Positions 1 to 10,709 of a stretch of 64,000 nucleotides of DNA are shown here, one piece after another. The stretch covers positions 11,212-75,211 of the forward strand of contig SYEV01000051.1 of NCBI GenBank assembly GCA_005800655.1. Reading direction: 5' to 3'. The DNA comes from Bacteroidota bacterium (GTDB lineage: Bacteria > Bacteroidota > Bacteroidia > Chitinophagales > Chitinophagaceae). A model generated the notes under the pieces. The model searched no databases and was not told the DNA's origin. It saw only the letters and a program-made list of their open reading frames with translations. A program made the position numbers and the translations under genes. Each line of letters begins with the position of its first letter. Within the stretch, counting starts at the first letter, position 1.

Positions 1-179
1 GTGAAAAAACCGAAGATGGGCGCCAAAATTTCCATAAATCAATGATTTATAACAGATTGAGTCCGAAAGATAAGGGAAAATATACAAAATATATACAATA
101 GCCCTTAATTAGGGTTATCAAGTTGGGTGTTCCCTTTCCCGAAATTGGAACATTTGGCAGCTTAATGGATAACTACAAG

Positions 180-1682
180 CTATGTTGCCATAAACTTCTT
201 TTGATGTAATATATTTCCATCGACACTATAATGCGTGAATTGAATATTTGGCACTTGATTTAATCTTTGGGTTTGAATATTTAAAAACCCACCCACGATG
301 TTTAAATATTCATGCTCTGGGTAAACCTCGTCTTTTTTCCATCCACCTGCATGTTCGTCACTTGCAGGACCGCAAGCAAATTCATACGTTCCAGTTTTTA
401 AATGCTTTGAAACATATTGCCAATGTCGATCACCACAAACAACAAATGTGTTTTTATCCCCTTGAATAAATCCACGAATTTCATCCCCCTCAAAAGTAAA
501 ATTAGAATTAGCGTGGTTATCCTTTTTTTGAGGTCGGTCGGGACCAATGATTGGCGTAGGGGAAATTAATATTTTAAATGTTGCATCTGATGCTTTATAA
601 GTTTCCTTAAACCACGCCATTTGTTCTTTACCCCATATTGTTTTATCTGGGCCATCAGGCATTTCATTCGGCATGCGGTAATCTCGTCCATCAAATAACC
701 AAATTTGGACATCCTTCCCCCGCCTAAATGTTCGATATGATTTTTCACTATGAGGACCTTGTTGTTTAAATAATGCTGCTCCTTGCTTAAATGTAAATTC
801 ACCCATGAACTTAGTTTTAGTGGCGGAGTGACAATCATTCATCCAGGTATCATGATCATCCTTCATAAAATAGCATGGAACATTTTGATAAAATGCAACA
901 TTATTGGGAAGGCTATTCATTTTTTGCCAATTCCATTTAGCAAGGTCTAAGTTTTTTGCAATTTGATCATGGTATAACACATCCCCTGTATGTACTAAAA
1001 ATTGTGGATGTAATTTTTGCATTTCCTTAAATATTTTAAACCCGCCATTCAATGGATCATCTTGGTGTGAATACTCATGGCAGGTGGTCACCATAAAATT
1101 AACAGGTTCCGCTTTCTCCTTTTTTGGTGCAGTACTAAAACTACCCTCTATAATTTTAATTCCTTTGCTATTCGTTTTTCCTAGCACGTTTATCTCATAC
1201 TTGGTATTCGCTTCAAGATGATAAAGATTAAATTGCGTCGCATAATCAGTTTCAGATGCTACTTGTTCCCATTTTGTTGTTTGCCATTCCATTGTTCCCA
1301 TCGCGCGATATTTTATACTTATTTGACCGGCAATACCAGGAACGGCACCATCTAATGTTTTCAATGTATGACCTTCAGGCATAACAATTTTAACATTTTT
1401 ATCAGGCCTTCCCATTTTATATTTCTTGTCAAAATAAGAAGTATCATGCCACTCATTCACTGCGTCATCCCAATATAGAATCGATGGATGAATCCCGGTA
1501 TCTTTTACACGAGTTTCGTTTGCTGTAAGGCGGGCCCATATAACAGCTGATGTGGATGTAATTTCACCAATTTTTATTCCTGTCGTGAAAAAAGGGGTAT
1601 CTAAAATGGATAAGTTTTTCATTGCGGGAAAGGCCGCCATCATTCCAACCGAACTTTGAATAATAAACTTTCTTCTTTTCAT
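180..1682 (-). CDS. Alkaline phosphatase D (PhoD)-family metallophosphatase, Tat-exported
   Basis: Twin-arginine signal MKRRKFI; motifs HTGDVLY, KDDHD, DGRDYR, CGDRH; FN3-like N-terminal part. Confidence 0.85.
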   Translation of the reverse strand: MKRRKFIIQSSVGMMAAFPAMKNLSILDTPFFTTGIKIGEITSTSAVIWARLTANETRVKDTGIHPSILYWDDAVNEWHDTSYFDKKYKMGRPDKNVKIVMPEGHTLKTLDGAVPGIAGQISIKYRAMGTMEWQTTKWEQVASETDYATQFNLYHLEANTKYEINVLGKTNSKGIKIIEGSFSTAPKKEKAEPVNFMVTTCHEYSHQDDPLNGGFKIFKEMQKLHPQFLVHTGDVLYHDQIAKNLDLAKWNWQKMNSLPNNVAFYQNVPCYFMKDDHDTWMNDCHSATKTKFMGEFTFKQGAALFKQQGPHSEKSYRTFRRGKDVQIWLFDGRDYRMPNEMPDGPDKTIWGKEQMAWFKETYKASDATFKILISPTPIIGPDRPQKKDNHANSNFTFEGDEIRGFIQGDKNTFVVCGDRHWQYVSKHLKTGTYEFACGPASDEHAGGWKKDEVYPEHEYLNIVGGFLNIQTQRLNQVPNIQFTHYSVDGNILHQKKFMAT

Positions 1683-1757
1683 AATGCGATAAATGATATT
1701 GTTATAATTGAATTAGGTAAACTTGTGATTTAAGTTACATTATCCCTGAGTTGCGTA

Positions 1758-2129
1758 TTATTTTGATTTTATAAATTTTTTATAATTTATAAATAATACA
1801 ATTAAGATAATGGCCAATCCAAAAAATTCCCTTGACTCTTCAATCCAAGGTTGTTCAGCTTTCATCGTCGCTGCAATGTTTGCAGCATCATGAAAACGTA
1901 ACCAATCAATCACGCCATTTTGATCTAACAATTTATATACCGCATAAATACTAAAAAATATTAACCCTCCGATATATGCATTTTTATTAAATTTTTCGCG
2001 CGCAGCAAAAAAACAAAGTGCCGCCGGATAAAGATAAATTGGAATCCATAAATAAGGATCTGGATCATTGTATTGCACGACAGCGAAAGAAATAAATATA
2101 AATACAAATAGGTAGTTGAATGTTTTCAT
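1758..2129 (-). CDS. Transmembrane family 220-like small membrane protein
   Basis: VQYNDPDPYLWIPIY and EESREFFGL motifs; four hydrophobic segments. Confidence 0.8.
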   Translation of the reverse strand: MKTFNYLFVFIFISFAVVQYNDPDPYLWIPIYLYPAALCFFAAREKFNKNAYIGGLIFFSIYAVYKLLDQNGVIDWLRFHDAANIAATMKAEQPWIEESREFFGLAIILIVLFINYKKFIKSK

Positions 2130-2371
2130 ATAGCATATTTTTATTTACTAATTTTTTAATGTACCAACTCTTTGGCAAATCATACAAGCCAATAAAATCA
2201 ACTAGTACGGCCATATTATATGACACTTGATTTACACAAGCAATTTAGTACAATTTGGATGATTTTAGATTTTGGGAAGCCATAAATGTGATGTCTAGGT
2301 TTCAAAAATCTTGTATATTAGTACCATTAAAACAATTATATTTGATATTGAAGCCTAAAATTATAAAATAC

Positions 2372-2767
2372 ATGAAAAAAGTAAAATTGCTGTTGGCCAT
2401 ATTTGGACTATGCTTACTAACATTTCATTGTATTGCTCAAAATAGTATCACCAACAACCCGATTAAAATTGGTGAATTATTGGTAGCTCGCTCCGATTTC
2501 AAAATGCAAATGAAATGGGCTGATTCCCGAAAAGCTTGCGAAAAATTAAAAGGGGGTTGGAGATTACCTAATAGAGCAGAATTAAATTTTTTATATCTTA
2601 ACAAAGACAAAATTCCGGGTTTAAATGGAAAATACTACTGGAGCATTGATCAAAGTATTGAAAACCATGCTTGGCTTCAATTTTTTAATGACGGCACCCA
2701 AGATGATTATCTTAAGTATACAAAATGTTGGGTCCGACCTGTAAAAATTAATGACTTATCTAAATAA
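2372..2767 (+). CDS. Secreted DUF1566 (Lcl C-terminal-like) domain protein
   Basis: Signal peptide from ATG 2372 (MKKVKLLL); W..S..AC, GWRLPNRAEL, YYWS, WVRPV motifs. Confidence 0.75.
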   Translation: MKKVKLLLAIFGLCLLTFHCIAQNSITNNPIKIGELLVARSDFKMQMKWADSRKACEKLKGGWRLPNRAELNFLYLNKDKIPGLNGKYYWSIDQSIENHAWLQFFNDGTQDDYLKYTKCWVRPVKINDLSK

Positions 2768-5700
2768 TATTACCGACCCTGTTTTCTTACTAATTTTTAA
2801 TTCACTCGTTAAGGGATCAATGTAATTATACTCTAGGAAATAACTATACCCATCCATCTCCTGCAATAGTCCACTTGGATCGCGTCCATCCCAGCCTTTA
2901 TTTTTATCATTGGTTTGGAACATTAATTTACCCCATCTATTAAATATCCTAAAATTAAAGTCAGCTCCTACACCTGCGCTATACTCCACTTTTAAAACGT
3001 CATTTAATCCATCATTATTAGGTGTAAATGCATTGGGCACATTGGCATACACTTCCTTGGATACAATGATTTCATATTCGTCCGTTACTGAACAAGAACT
3101 GATCGTATCCGTTCTGGTTAAGGTATAATCCGTGGACTTATCTCCGTTAAAAATAGGATTGGGCTTATTGGGATTATCTAAAAAAATATCAGGATTCCAC
3201 TTATATTGTACATATCCAGGATCCGTTTTTGTTACTACATTAAATGGCTGCTTGGCCAGGAAATAATATTTAAAAGTAGTGGGCTTAATCGCAGATGCCA
3301 CTTTTAATGTACTTCCAATAATTTGATAATTATATTTAGGACAATAATCATTCGTTACATTTACTTTAATTTTATAATCCCCCTTTGCCATATATTTATG
3401 ACTACCTGGACTTGCTTTTAAATAATTAAAGCCGTCCCCAAAATCCCAATTATAATGCACGTTATATTGATCCACCGCATTGGTATTTACAATCAGTGGA
3501 ACACCTATACAAATATTAGGCACATGTGTAAATGAATATTTAGTAATATTCAAGGGAGAAACTTTTTTAGCTGCAGTCGCTACTGAATTACACTTACCAT
3601 CGTTCACCGTTAGTTTATACCAACCTGGGATATTATTAGTGATGCTATTGGTTGATAAAGTGCTTATTAATGTATCGTTGCGATACCAGCTATATGTGCT
3701 TATTGCACTATTATCATAGCCCATTCCTGCTCCTGCTATATTAATCGCATCCCCATTACATATTATACTATCGCCTGGTAAAATTTCAGCAGTGGGAATG
3801 TCAATAACTGGGATTGAAAAAAGATTACTATAGGGATAAATACATTTTTTTCGATCTGTTACTTGTAAGGATACTTGTGCAGTACCACTTAATAATCCTA
3901 TTATATTTAAGCCACTAATGCTTGAATTCACATTTGTAGAGGTATATAAATAACTAAAATCAGCTAGTCCGCCGCGCATAGTCGTATTTAAAATTAGACT
4001 ATCCTTTAAACACAAATAATTTTTAGCCGTTTGTATAATTGGTATTTCTGGAGGCGGAATTAGACTGATATCATTTTTAGCGCTGATAAAACAACTTCCT
4101 CCTGAATATGCTGTAAGCATTATTTGATAATCTAAATCTAGTTTATTAGGCGCTGAGATATTTGCATAATAATGTTGGTATACTTTATTCGCGTTTGGAT
4201 CAATACTTGGATCATTGACCACTGAATCAGGTGATCCATCGCCCCAGTTGATGACTAATTTTCCAATACTGCCAAAATCAACCCATGATGAATCAATGAT
4301 TTTAACGGATTGATTACTGCAAAGTGTATCCGCATTTACAATTTTAAATTGTGATTTAGGTACAGCACCATTTACTCTAAAATCAGAGGTGTCAGTTGCT
4401 ATACAACCCGTTGTTTTATGTGTTACCCTTAATGAAACTTTATAATCACCCCAATCATTGTATTGTACAATGGGATTCTTATCGACTTTCATCGCAATTG
4501 GTATTGTGGGCAAATTTTTACCAACAGGAGGTGCTACATTAAAATTCCATAAATAATCGAATGACTTTGTATTATCATCTGCTAAAAAACTAGTATCCTT
4601 GAATTGGGCAAATTTATCATCTAAACAAACTTCAGGTAATTCAAATCCTACGGTTGGATTGGGATTTACATATATTGATTTTGTCAGCGAATCACTACAA
4701 CCTAATCGGGTTTGTACAGCTAACTTTACATCATAGGTACCCCATGAATTAAATTGTTCATTCAATGGTGTTTTAGATAATTCATCCCTGGTTTTCCCAT
4801 TTCCAAAATCCCAATGCCAGTTAATTACACTATCTAAATCACCTATGGATTGATCGGTAAATATAATATCTCGTTGTGCACATCTGATTGTTGCAAAATC
4901 GAAATTAACTACGGGTAATTTATTTACGACTATGGTATCTTTTTCATTACTCGTATTTACACTTACCACACAGGAATTGGAGTCCTTAATATTAACAACA
5001 CTATAAATAGTCTTAACAGCAGGTGTTACTGTAAAGAAATTGGGAGATTGACCAATATTAGTAATTATTGAGTTTACACTTCCATTACTATATTCAAGTG
5101 TCCACGGCGCTTTCCCATCCAATGAGTAATGTATATCTCTAGCACTTCCTAAGCAAACCGTATCTATCGACTTCAAAAAATGAATAGTGGGTTTTGGATG
5201 TACTACCACTCGAACACTATCAGTTGAAATTCCACATCCATTAATATTTGCAACTACAATATACATTCCGGAATCCATCATCGTGGCATTCGAGATTGTT
5301 GGATTTGAAATTGTTGAAGAAAAATTATTGGGTCCTGTCCATTGATAATTTACGTTAAGTAATTCCGTAGCAGCTAATTTAATGTCAGATCCAAAACAGG
5401 CGGTGGAGGTAATTACTGGTGCTAAGGTGACTTGTGCATAGTTGGAAAAATAGCCTAACCGAGAACCACCACCGCTTGAATTTAAAAATCCTAAATGAAA
5501 TAAACCTGAGCTATTGGTAATGGAAGTGGCATCATATGTATTAATCAATGCATTTAGTACAGGATTACTGGTTAAATTAATTCTAGCGTAACGCCAAACA
5601 TCTGCGGAACCCGGGACTACAGAAAACATAGAAGCTGTTATAAGTGTTGCATCTCCTTTAATTGCAAAACTGCCAATATCTTCTTTTTTACATAAAATAT

Positions 5701-6787
5701 TTAAATACAGTGCACCAGTAGAGGGGCGAACAAATGAAACGCTTTGAGAACCCGTACATTCTATACTTGGCAAAGAAGTAGCCGTAGCTTCGGTGCCAGT
5801 TCCTGTTAATTGAAAAACATACACATTTTTATCGGTGGTGATATAAGCAGAGTATTCTGATAATTGAAATTCAAAACTTTCTCCACGATTATATTTACGA
5901 TTCAATGGATTTCCATTAATAATAATTTCGGTATTATCTTCTGTGGGCCATATATAGCATAAATCTGAAGCGATAAAACCTGGTGCCGAAAGTTCACCAC
6001 GAACTGCAATAAATTTTTTACCTGTGTTATTACTTGGCACAATTTGATCACCAATCAAATCCCAACCACCAATCACAATGGAATCGTCATAGACGGTTAC
6101 ACATATGGGCTTATCTGAAGTCACCCTTGATCCTCCAATATGCGATACGGCCAAATTACTTGCAGCATTCACTGCATAAGTTTGTCCCTTATTTAACTTA
6201 ACAGTAATATTAGTATTTCCTTTTTCATCGGGGCGTGTTAAATCAATATTAATAGTGGTATTATCTTCGGTAGCTACAATAGCAAAACCATTATGTGCAG
6301 GAAATGCAGCATAGGTTTGATTATTAAACCTAGTTTGCGCAGGTATAATAAAATCAAGTCCTTTTGAAACATTTCCTTTCAATGGAAAAATTTCAGGATT
6401 ATTAGCGGAGGCTAATTCATAATAAGCAGATATGGAAGCAGTAGCAGTAATTCGTATGCCATAATTTAATTCAGTATTGCCTGGCTTATTTTCAACAATT
6501 TCTTTGTAGGTAGTAAATGGCAAACTATACGTTGCATTTGCAACTAAATTTATTGTAATGGGCGAAAAACTGGGATTTGCTGGTTGATCTATTGTGATAA
6601 TCGCATCTTTCGAATATGTAGTAAATCGAAGAAAAATAGGGTTATCACTATGTTGTGAAGTGACCTCCGGTGCTGCAAACCAAAATTCACGATCCGATTG
6701 CGCCTGTAATGAATTAAATATGATAATGCCAATGAATGCAAGCATAAATCGCTTAAATAAAGGCATTAATAATCGTGAAAATGGCAT
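2756..6787 (-). CDS. Large T9SS-secreted surface protein: IgGFc-binding-like N-terminus, PKD/Ig repeats, type B CTD
   Basis: Signal peptide; REFWFA N-terminal motif; WDFGNG/WDFGDG PKD motifs; C-terminal VPNAFTPNNDGLND...IFNRWG...WDG. Confidence 0.85.
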   Translation of the reverse strand: MPFSRLLMPLFKRFMLAFIGIIIFNSLQAQSDREFWFAAPEVTSQHSDNPIFLRFTTYSKDAIITIDQPANPSFSPITINLVANATYSLPFTTYKEIVENKPGNTELNYGIRITATASISAYYELASANNPEIFPLKGNVSKGLDFIIPAQTRFNNQTYAAFPAHNGFAIVATEDNTTINIDLTRPDEKGNTNITVKLNKGQTYAVNAASNLAVSHIGGSRVTSDKPICVTVYDDSIVIGGWDLIGDQIVPSNNTGKKFIAVRGELSAPGFIASDLCYIWPTEDNTEIIINGNPLNRKYNRGESFEFQLSEYSAYITTDKNVYVFQLTGTGTEATATSLPSIECTGSQSVSFVRPSTGALYLNILCKKEDIGSFAIKGDATLITASMFSVVPGSADVWRYARINLTSNPVLNALINTYDATSITNSSGLFHLGFLNSSGGGSRLGYFSNYAQVTLAPVITSTACFGSDIKLAATELLNVNYQWTGPNNFSSTISNPTISNATMMDSGMYIVVANINGCGISTDSVRVVVHPKPTIHFLKSIDTVCLGSARDIHYSLDGKAPWTLEYSNGSVNSIITNIGQSPNFFTVTPAVKTIYSVVNIKDSNSCVVSVNTSNEKDTIVVNKLPVVNFDFATIRCAQRDIIFTDQSIGDLDSVINWHWDFGNGKTRDELSKTPLNEQFNSWGTYDVKLAVQTRLGCSDSLTKSIYVNPNPTVGFELPEVCLDDKFAQFKDTSFLADDNTKSFDYLWNFNVAPPVGKNLPTIPIAMKVDKNPIVQYNDWGDYKVSLRVTHKTTGCIATDTSDFRVNGAVPKSQFKIVNADTLCSNQSVKIIDSSWVDFGSIGKLVINWGDGSPDSVVNDPSIDPNANKVYQHYYANISAPNKLDLDYQIMLTAYSGGSCFISAKNDISLIPPPEIPIIQTAKNYLCLKDSLILNTTMRGGLADFSYLYTSTNVNSSISGLNIIGLLSGTAQVSLQVTDRKKCIYPYSNLFSIPVIDIPTAEILPGDSIICNGDAINIAGAGMGYDNSAISTYSWYRNDTLISTLSTNSITNNIPGWYKLTVNDGKCNSVATAAKKVSPLNITKYSFTHVPNICIGVPLIVNTNAVDQYNVHYNWDFGDGFNYLKASPGSHKYMAKGDYKIKVNVTNDYCPKYNYQIIGSTLKVASAIKPTTFKYYFLAKQPFNVVTKTDPGYVQYKWNPDIFLDNPNKPNPIFNGDKSTDYTLTRTDTISSCSVTDEYEIIVSKEVYANVPNAFTPNNDGLNDVLKVEYSAGVGADFNFRIFNRWGKLMFQTNDKNKGWDGRDPSGLLQEMDGYSYFLEYNYIDPLTSELKISKKTGSVILFR

Positions 6788-6870
6788 TTGTAAATTTACA
6801 AAATAAAAATTAGCAGTTACCCATAATTATTTTTACTTTTAATTACTAATTAATCATTATTTAAATCAAT

Positions 6871-7191
6871 ATGAGCACAGCAAATTCACATTTCGTTCAT
6901 CATGTACTATTTTATTTGAAAAACCCCAATTCCGCTGAAGATAAAGCGCAATTAATAGAAGGATTGCAAGCTTTATCTAAAGTACCTTGTATCGTTTTTT
7001 CAAATATAGGATCACCGGCAAACACAACGCGTGATGTAATTGAAAAAGATTATAGTATCTCATGGCTATGCCTGTTTGAATCAGCGGAAAAAGAAGAAGA
7101 ATATCAAGTACATCCATTACATGATGCTTTCAAAGAAACTTGTCATCACCTTTGGCAAAAAGTGGTGATTTACGATGCATTAAGTTGCTAA
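6871..7191 (+). CDS. Dabb (stress-responsive A/B barrel) protein
   Basis: FVHHVLF...YQVHPLH...VVIYD pattern, 106 aa. Confidence 0.85.
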   Translation: MSTANSHFVHHVLFYLKNPNSAEDKAQLIEGLQALSKVPCIVFSNIGSPANTTRDVIEKDYSISWLCLFESAEKEEEYQVHPLHDAFKETCHHLWQKVVIYDALSC

Positions 7192-7238
7192 ATTATACTT
7201 GTCGATCCGCGTTAGCCTAAGATTAAAATTTATCTAGT

Positions 7239-7721
7239 ATGAACCCTTCATTCAACCGTTTCAAGAATATCATTACCAATCCTATTAAGTTTCGGTTCTT
7301 TTTATTTACAAAACTACCCGCCGCTTTTTTTGCTGGTTTGCGGATTCATCATTTTGATGCCAACACCTGTGTAGTGCGTATTCGATATTCCTGGTTCAGT
7401 ATGAACCCATTTAAATCCATCTACTTCGCAGTGGAAGCCATGGCTGCCGAAATGTGCAGTGGGATGTTGGCGTTTGGACAAGTGTATCAACGAATACCTA
7501 AGGTGAGTATGCTGGTCGTGAAAATGGAGGTCGCTTTCGTAAAAAAAGCAACGGGCGTCATTTTATTTACTTGTGAAGATGGGCAATTGATTCAAAATGC
7601 AATCAATGAAGCGATAGCAACAAAGGAAGTCAAAACAATTGTGTGTAAATCAGTAGGTAAAAACAGCGCAAATGAAGTTGTTGCTGAGTTTAATATTACT
7701 TGGAGTTTTAAAGCCAAATAA
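7239..7721 (+). CDS. Hotdog-fold thioesterase-like protein (DUF4442-like)
   Basis: NPFKSIYFA...AAE and FVKKATG motifs. Confidence 0.75.
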   Translation: MNPSFNRFKNIITNPIKFRFFLFTKLPAAFFAGLRIHHFDANTCVVRIRYSWFSMNPFKSIYFAVEAMAAEMCSGMLAFGQVYQRIPKVSMLVVKMEVAFVKKATGVILFTCEDGQLIQNAINEAIATKEVKTIVCKSVGKNSANEVVAEFNITWSFKAK

Positions 7722-7763
7722 CTTTAGTCTGTTTATTGCTATTCAATATTATTGTCCAATAAC

Positions 7764-7796
7764 AAACAGACCCGCTCCAAAGGAGCGGGTCTGTTT
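7764..7796. terminator. Probable bidirectional intrinsic terminator
   Basis: 15-bp perfect stem aaacagacccgctcc/ggagcgggtctgttt between convergent genes. Confidence 0.8.
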
Positions 7797-7840
7797 AATT
7801 AAATCGTTTACACTACTTAATTATATATTCCCAGTAGGTA

Positions 7841-8488
7841 TTAAAAGGTTTTACTACCATTGGGTTGATAAGCATATCTGAAAGTGTAATAGCGTTGCTT
7901 AGACAGTTTGTCACTATCTGATGCTGTGATGGGCAAGGTTACGCCACCTTTATAGTAATTGATTATTTCCACCTTGGCATATTTTCCAGATGCAGTTCTG
8001 ATCACTAATACCCTCCCTGCCAATGGTGTAATTAAACTTGTTAATTGGTCATATACATACCAACCTTTTCCGCTACCAAATGTAACCGCAAATGATGCAG
8101 GTGCATTATCAGTTTTAAAAACAGAATCGTTGGAAATAGTTTTAACGTCGTCAAACAATCCGGTATAAATAAATGCCCCGCCTAAACCTGTACCACTGGT
8201 TCCGCCATTGGTTAAAATTTTTGAACCTGCAAATGCCAAATCCCATTTAGTACTTGCACTATCGGTATTAGGAACAATTGCATTTCTTTCTAGACTATAA
8301 AAAGTATACTTACCAGCACTAAAGGGCATGCCAGTTACAGCATTAATACCTAAAACCGTATCTGCAGGTAAGTTACTCACTGTTATTGCCGTTACGGGTA
8401 ATGCAACAGTTGTTTCGTCTTTGGTACAAGAAAATAAGATGCTACTTAGGGTAAGTAATAATAAAAAGGGTTTTAAAATTTGTCTCAT
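7841..8488 (-). CDS. HmuY-family lipoprotein (heme-binding like)
   Basis: Lipobox LFSC; WDLAF, TNGGTSG, GWY, RTASGKYAKVEI.NYY, YTFRY motifs. Confidence 0.85.
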   Translation of the reverse strand: MRQILKPFLLLLTLSSILFSCTKDETTVALPVTAITVSNLPADTVLGINAVTGMPFSAGKYTFYSLERNAIVPNTDSASTKWDLAFAGSKILTNGGTSGTGLGGAFIYTGLFDDVKTISNDSVFKTDNAPASFAVTFGSGKGWYVYDQLTSLITPLAGRVLVIRTASGKYAKVEIINYYKGGVTLPITASDSDKLSKQRYYTFRYAYQPNGSKTF

Positions 8489-10578
8489 AATTTATATTTT
8501 TTAGATTTTTGTATTTTAAGTGTTGCGAAAAATGTTCTTCCTGGTAAATTAGGTAGGTTAAGGGCATCTATGTAATTCAACATATTATCACAGCCAAATT
8601 GGAAACCAATACCGTTAGTGTAATCTTTGCCAATAGAAAGGTGTATGGCGATATATCCTTTAGCAAAACTATCACCGGCATCATAAACTTCGTTGCCATT
8701 GGTATTATTTACAGCCCATTTACTACGATATAGCGCTCTGATATTTCCAAACAATCCATTTTGATTACTGTAATTAAATTTTAGTTGTGCTTTATGCGTA
8801 CTATTATTGGGTAGCCCCACATACTCACTTACATTTAATTTTCGACTTAACCCATTTGCATCTCTGGTATAAACGGTACCATTTTTTATTTGCGCTAATT
8901 GATCCTTATCACCTGTCTCTAAATATTGATAAGCAGTACTTATTGAAAATTCTTTTGAAATTTGATGTTTAGCTTCAAACTCAAAACCTGTTGTAAAAGC
9001 TCGGCCAATATTTAAGTAGCTATATATTTGAGCGCCTGTAATGTAGGCACCTACCTGTTGTACTTCGATTAAGTTTCGAATATCATTTCTAAATAATTGG
9101 AAGCTAAAATTATTATTGGCATTGGGTTCAAACTCCCATGTTACATGTGTGCCAGTAGCATATTCAGGTTGCAGGGATTTCAATTGATAAAAATTATTAT
9201 ACAAAGTGCCTATTTGACCAAGGGAATTTAATTGCCCAATTACTTTTTGCGCTTGTGCTGTTCCAAATACGCTATACGAACCTGCTGCAGCATTGGTAAA
9301 ATTTAAATACAACTGTCTGAAGTCAGGTGCTTTAAATCCCTGCCCTACACTTAATCTAATTCTATGTTGCTTATTTATTTTATACAACATGGAAGCCTTT
9401 GGACTCCATGCAGAAGCGTATGTTTGATTATGATCAAAACGAATCCCTCCAATCAATATTAATTTAGCATTAGGCGTCCATTCCCACTGACTGAATGCAT
9501 ATTGATTTGTATTGGTCTTTCTTATTTTTTCACTATCATACCGGCTACTTTTGACACCTTCCATGACCGCGCCTCCCCCAACAATCGCCGTAAGTTTTTT
9601 GTTGACTACCCAGTCTGTTTGATTTTCAAGCCTATTAAAAACATGGTCTAGTATATCAGTATAAGGCGTGCCAGAAATAGTTAATAAAGTTTGAGTTGCA
9701 TTGTATTGCGTAATATAGGACCTGAAACTTGTTTTTAAAGCATTTGAGAATCGATGATTTAATGAACTTGCTATATTATAATCTGTGTTTTTTTCCTCCC
9801 CATTGGAATTAATCGTCAAACCACCATTCGTTATAGATAATTCATTTTTAATTTGTTCATTGGTAAACCTCATGCCAACAATTATATTGGTATTATTGTT
9901 TAAATTATATTTTAATTGTTGGTTCGTAGCTATCCTTTTTATGGGAGTAGTTACTCTTGAAGCTGAACTAGGTCGAATGCTATAAGCATCTGTACTATAA
10001 TAATTGTAATAGCCTTGATAAAAAATAGATGTAGAAGCTAGCGTATTATTCAGCCCCGCATCAATTGTATTATAGGTACCATACCTAAGTGAAGATTGTA
10101 AAGGTGTTTTAGTCGTTGCATCGGTAATAATATTAATCACACCTGCCATAGCCTCGCTGCCATATAAACTGGAGGATGGCCCTTTAACGATTTCAATTTT
10201 TTTAACATTGCCTAGTGCAATTCTATTTAGATCCAACACGCCAGCTGTTCTACCCACCAATGGTTCCCCATTGATCAGGATGATTGTATAATCAGGGTTG
10301 AGGCCCTGCAATTGCACACCTGCGCCAAAACCACTAGTCATGGATAATCCTGGTTGCTCTTTTAAAATATCAGTTAATCTTAAAGCGCCAATTTGTTGTA
10401 TTGATTTTGCATTAATTATTGTAACAGGTACTGTAACATTACTCAGTTTTCGCTCTGACCTTGTTGCAGTCACCACCACACTATCGCCTTGTAATTGTAA
10501 AGTGTCTTTTACAATTACAACTTGACTAAATAAACAAAATGGAGTGATTATTAAAAAAAATAATAGCCTAAATTTCAT
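8485..10578 (-). CDS. TonB-dependent receptor (HmuR/CirA-like), coupled to the HmuY gene
   Basis: VVVTATR; plug motif IEIVKGPSSSLYGSEAMAGVINIIT; GFKAPDFRQLY; 4-nt ATGA overlap with the next gene. Confidence 0.9.
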   Translation of the reverse strand: MKFRLLFFLIITPFCLFSQVVIVKDTLQLQGDSVVVTATRSERKLSNVTVPVTIINAKSIQQIGALRLTDILKEQPGLSMTSGFGAGVQLQGLNPDYTIILINGEPLVGRTAGVLDLNRIALGNVKKIEIVKGPSSSLYGSEAMAGVINIITDATTKTPLQSSLRYGTYNTIDAGLNNTLASTSIFYQGYYNYYSTDAYSIRPSSASRVTTPIKRIATNQQLKYNLNNNTNIIVGMRFTNEQIKNELSITNGGLTINSNGEEKNTDYNIASSLNHRFSNALKTSFRSYITQYNATQTLLTISGTPYTDILDHVFNRLENQTDWVVNKKLTAIVGGGAVMEGVKSSRYDSEKIRKTNTNQYAFSQWEWTPNAKLILIGGIRFDHNQTYASAWSPKASMLYKINKQHRIRLSVGQGFKAPDFRQLYLNFTNAAAGSYSVFGTAQAQKVIGQLNSLGQIGTLYNNFYQLKSLQPEYATGTHVTWEFEPNANNNFSFQLFRNDIRNLIEVQQVGAYITGAQIYSYLNIGRAFTTGFEFEAKHQISKEFSISTAYQYLETGDKDQLAQIKNGTVYTRDANGLSRKLNVSEYVGLPNNSTHKAQLKFNYSNQNGLFGNIRALYRSKWAVNNTNGNEVYDAGDSFAKGYIAIHLSIGKDYTNGIGFQFGCDNMLNYIDALNLPNLPGRTFFATLKIQKSKKYKL

Positions 10579-10709
10579 CTGAGCACAAAGTTCCGCTTTA
10601 GAAAAATAGGAGATGCTGAATTAATAAAAAAATTAAAAATACAAGAACCAAAAATGACAGAGCTATGACATAACTAGGTAAAATATTTACCCATGTTCAA
10701 AATCATAAA

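Noticed and set aside
1-35. Possible minus-strand gene start (MEILAPIFGFF) leaving the window
   Set aside because: Too short to support.
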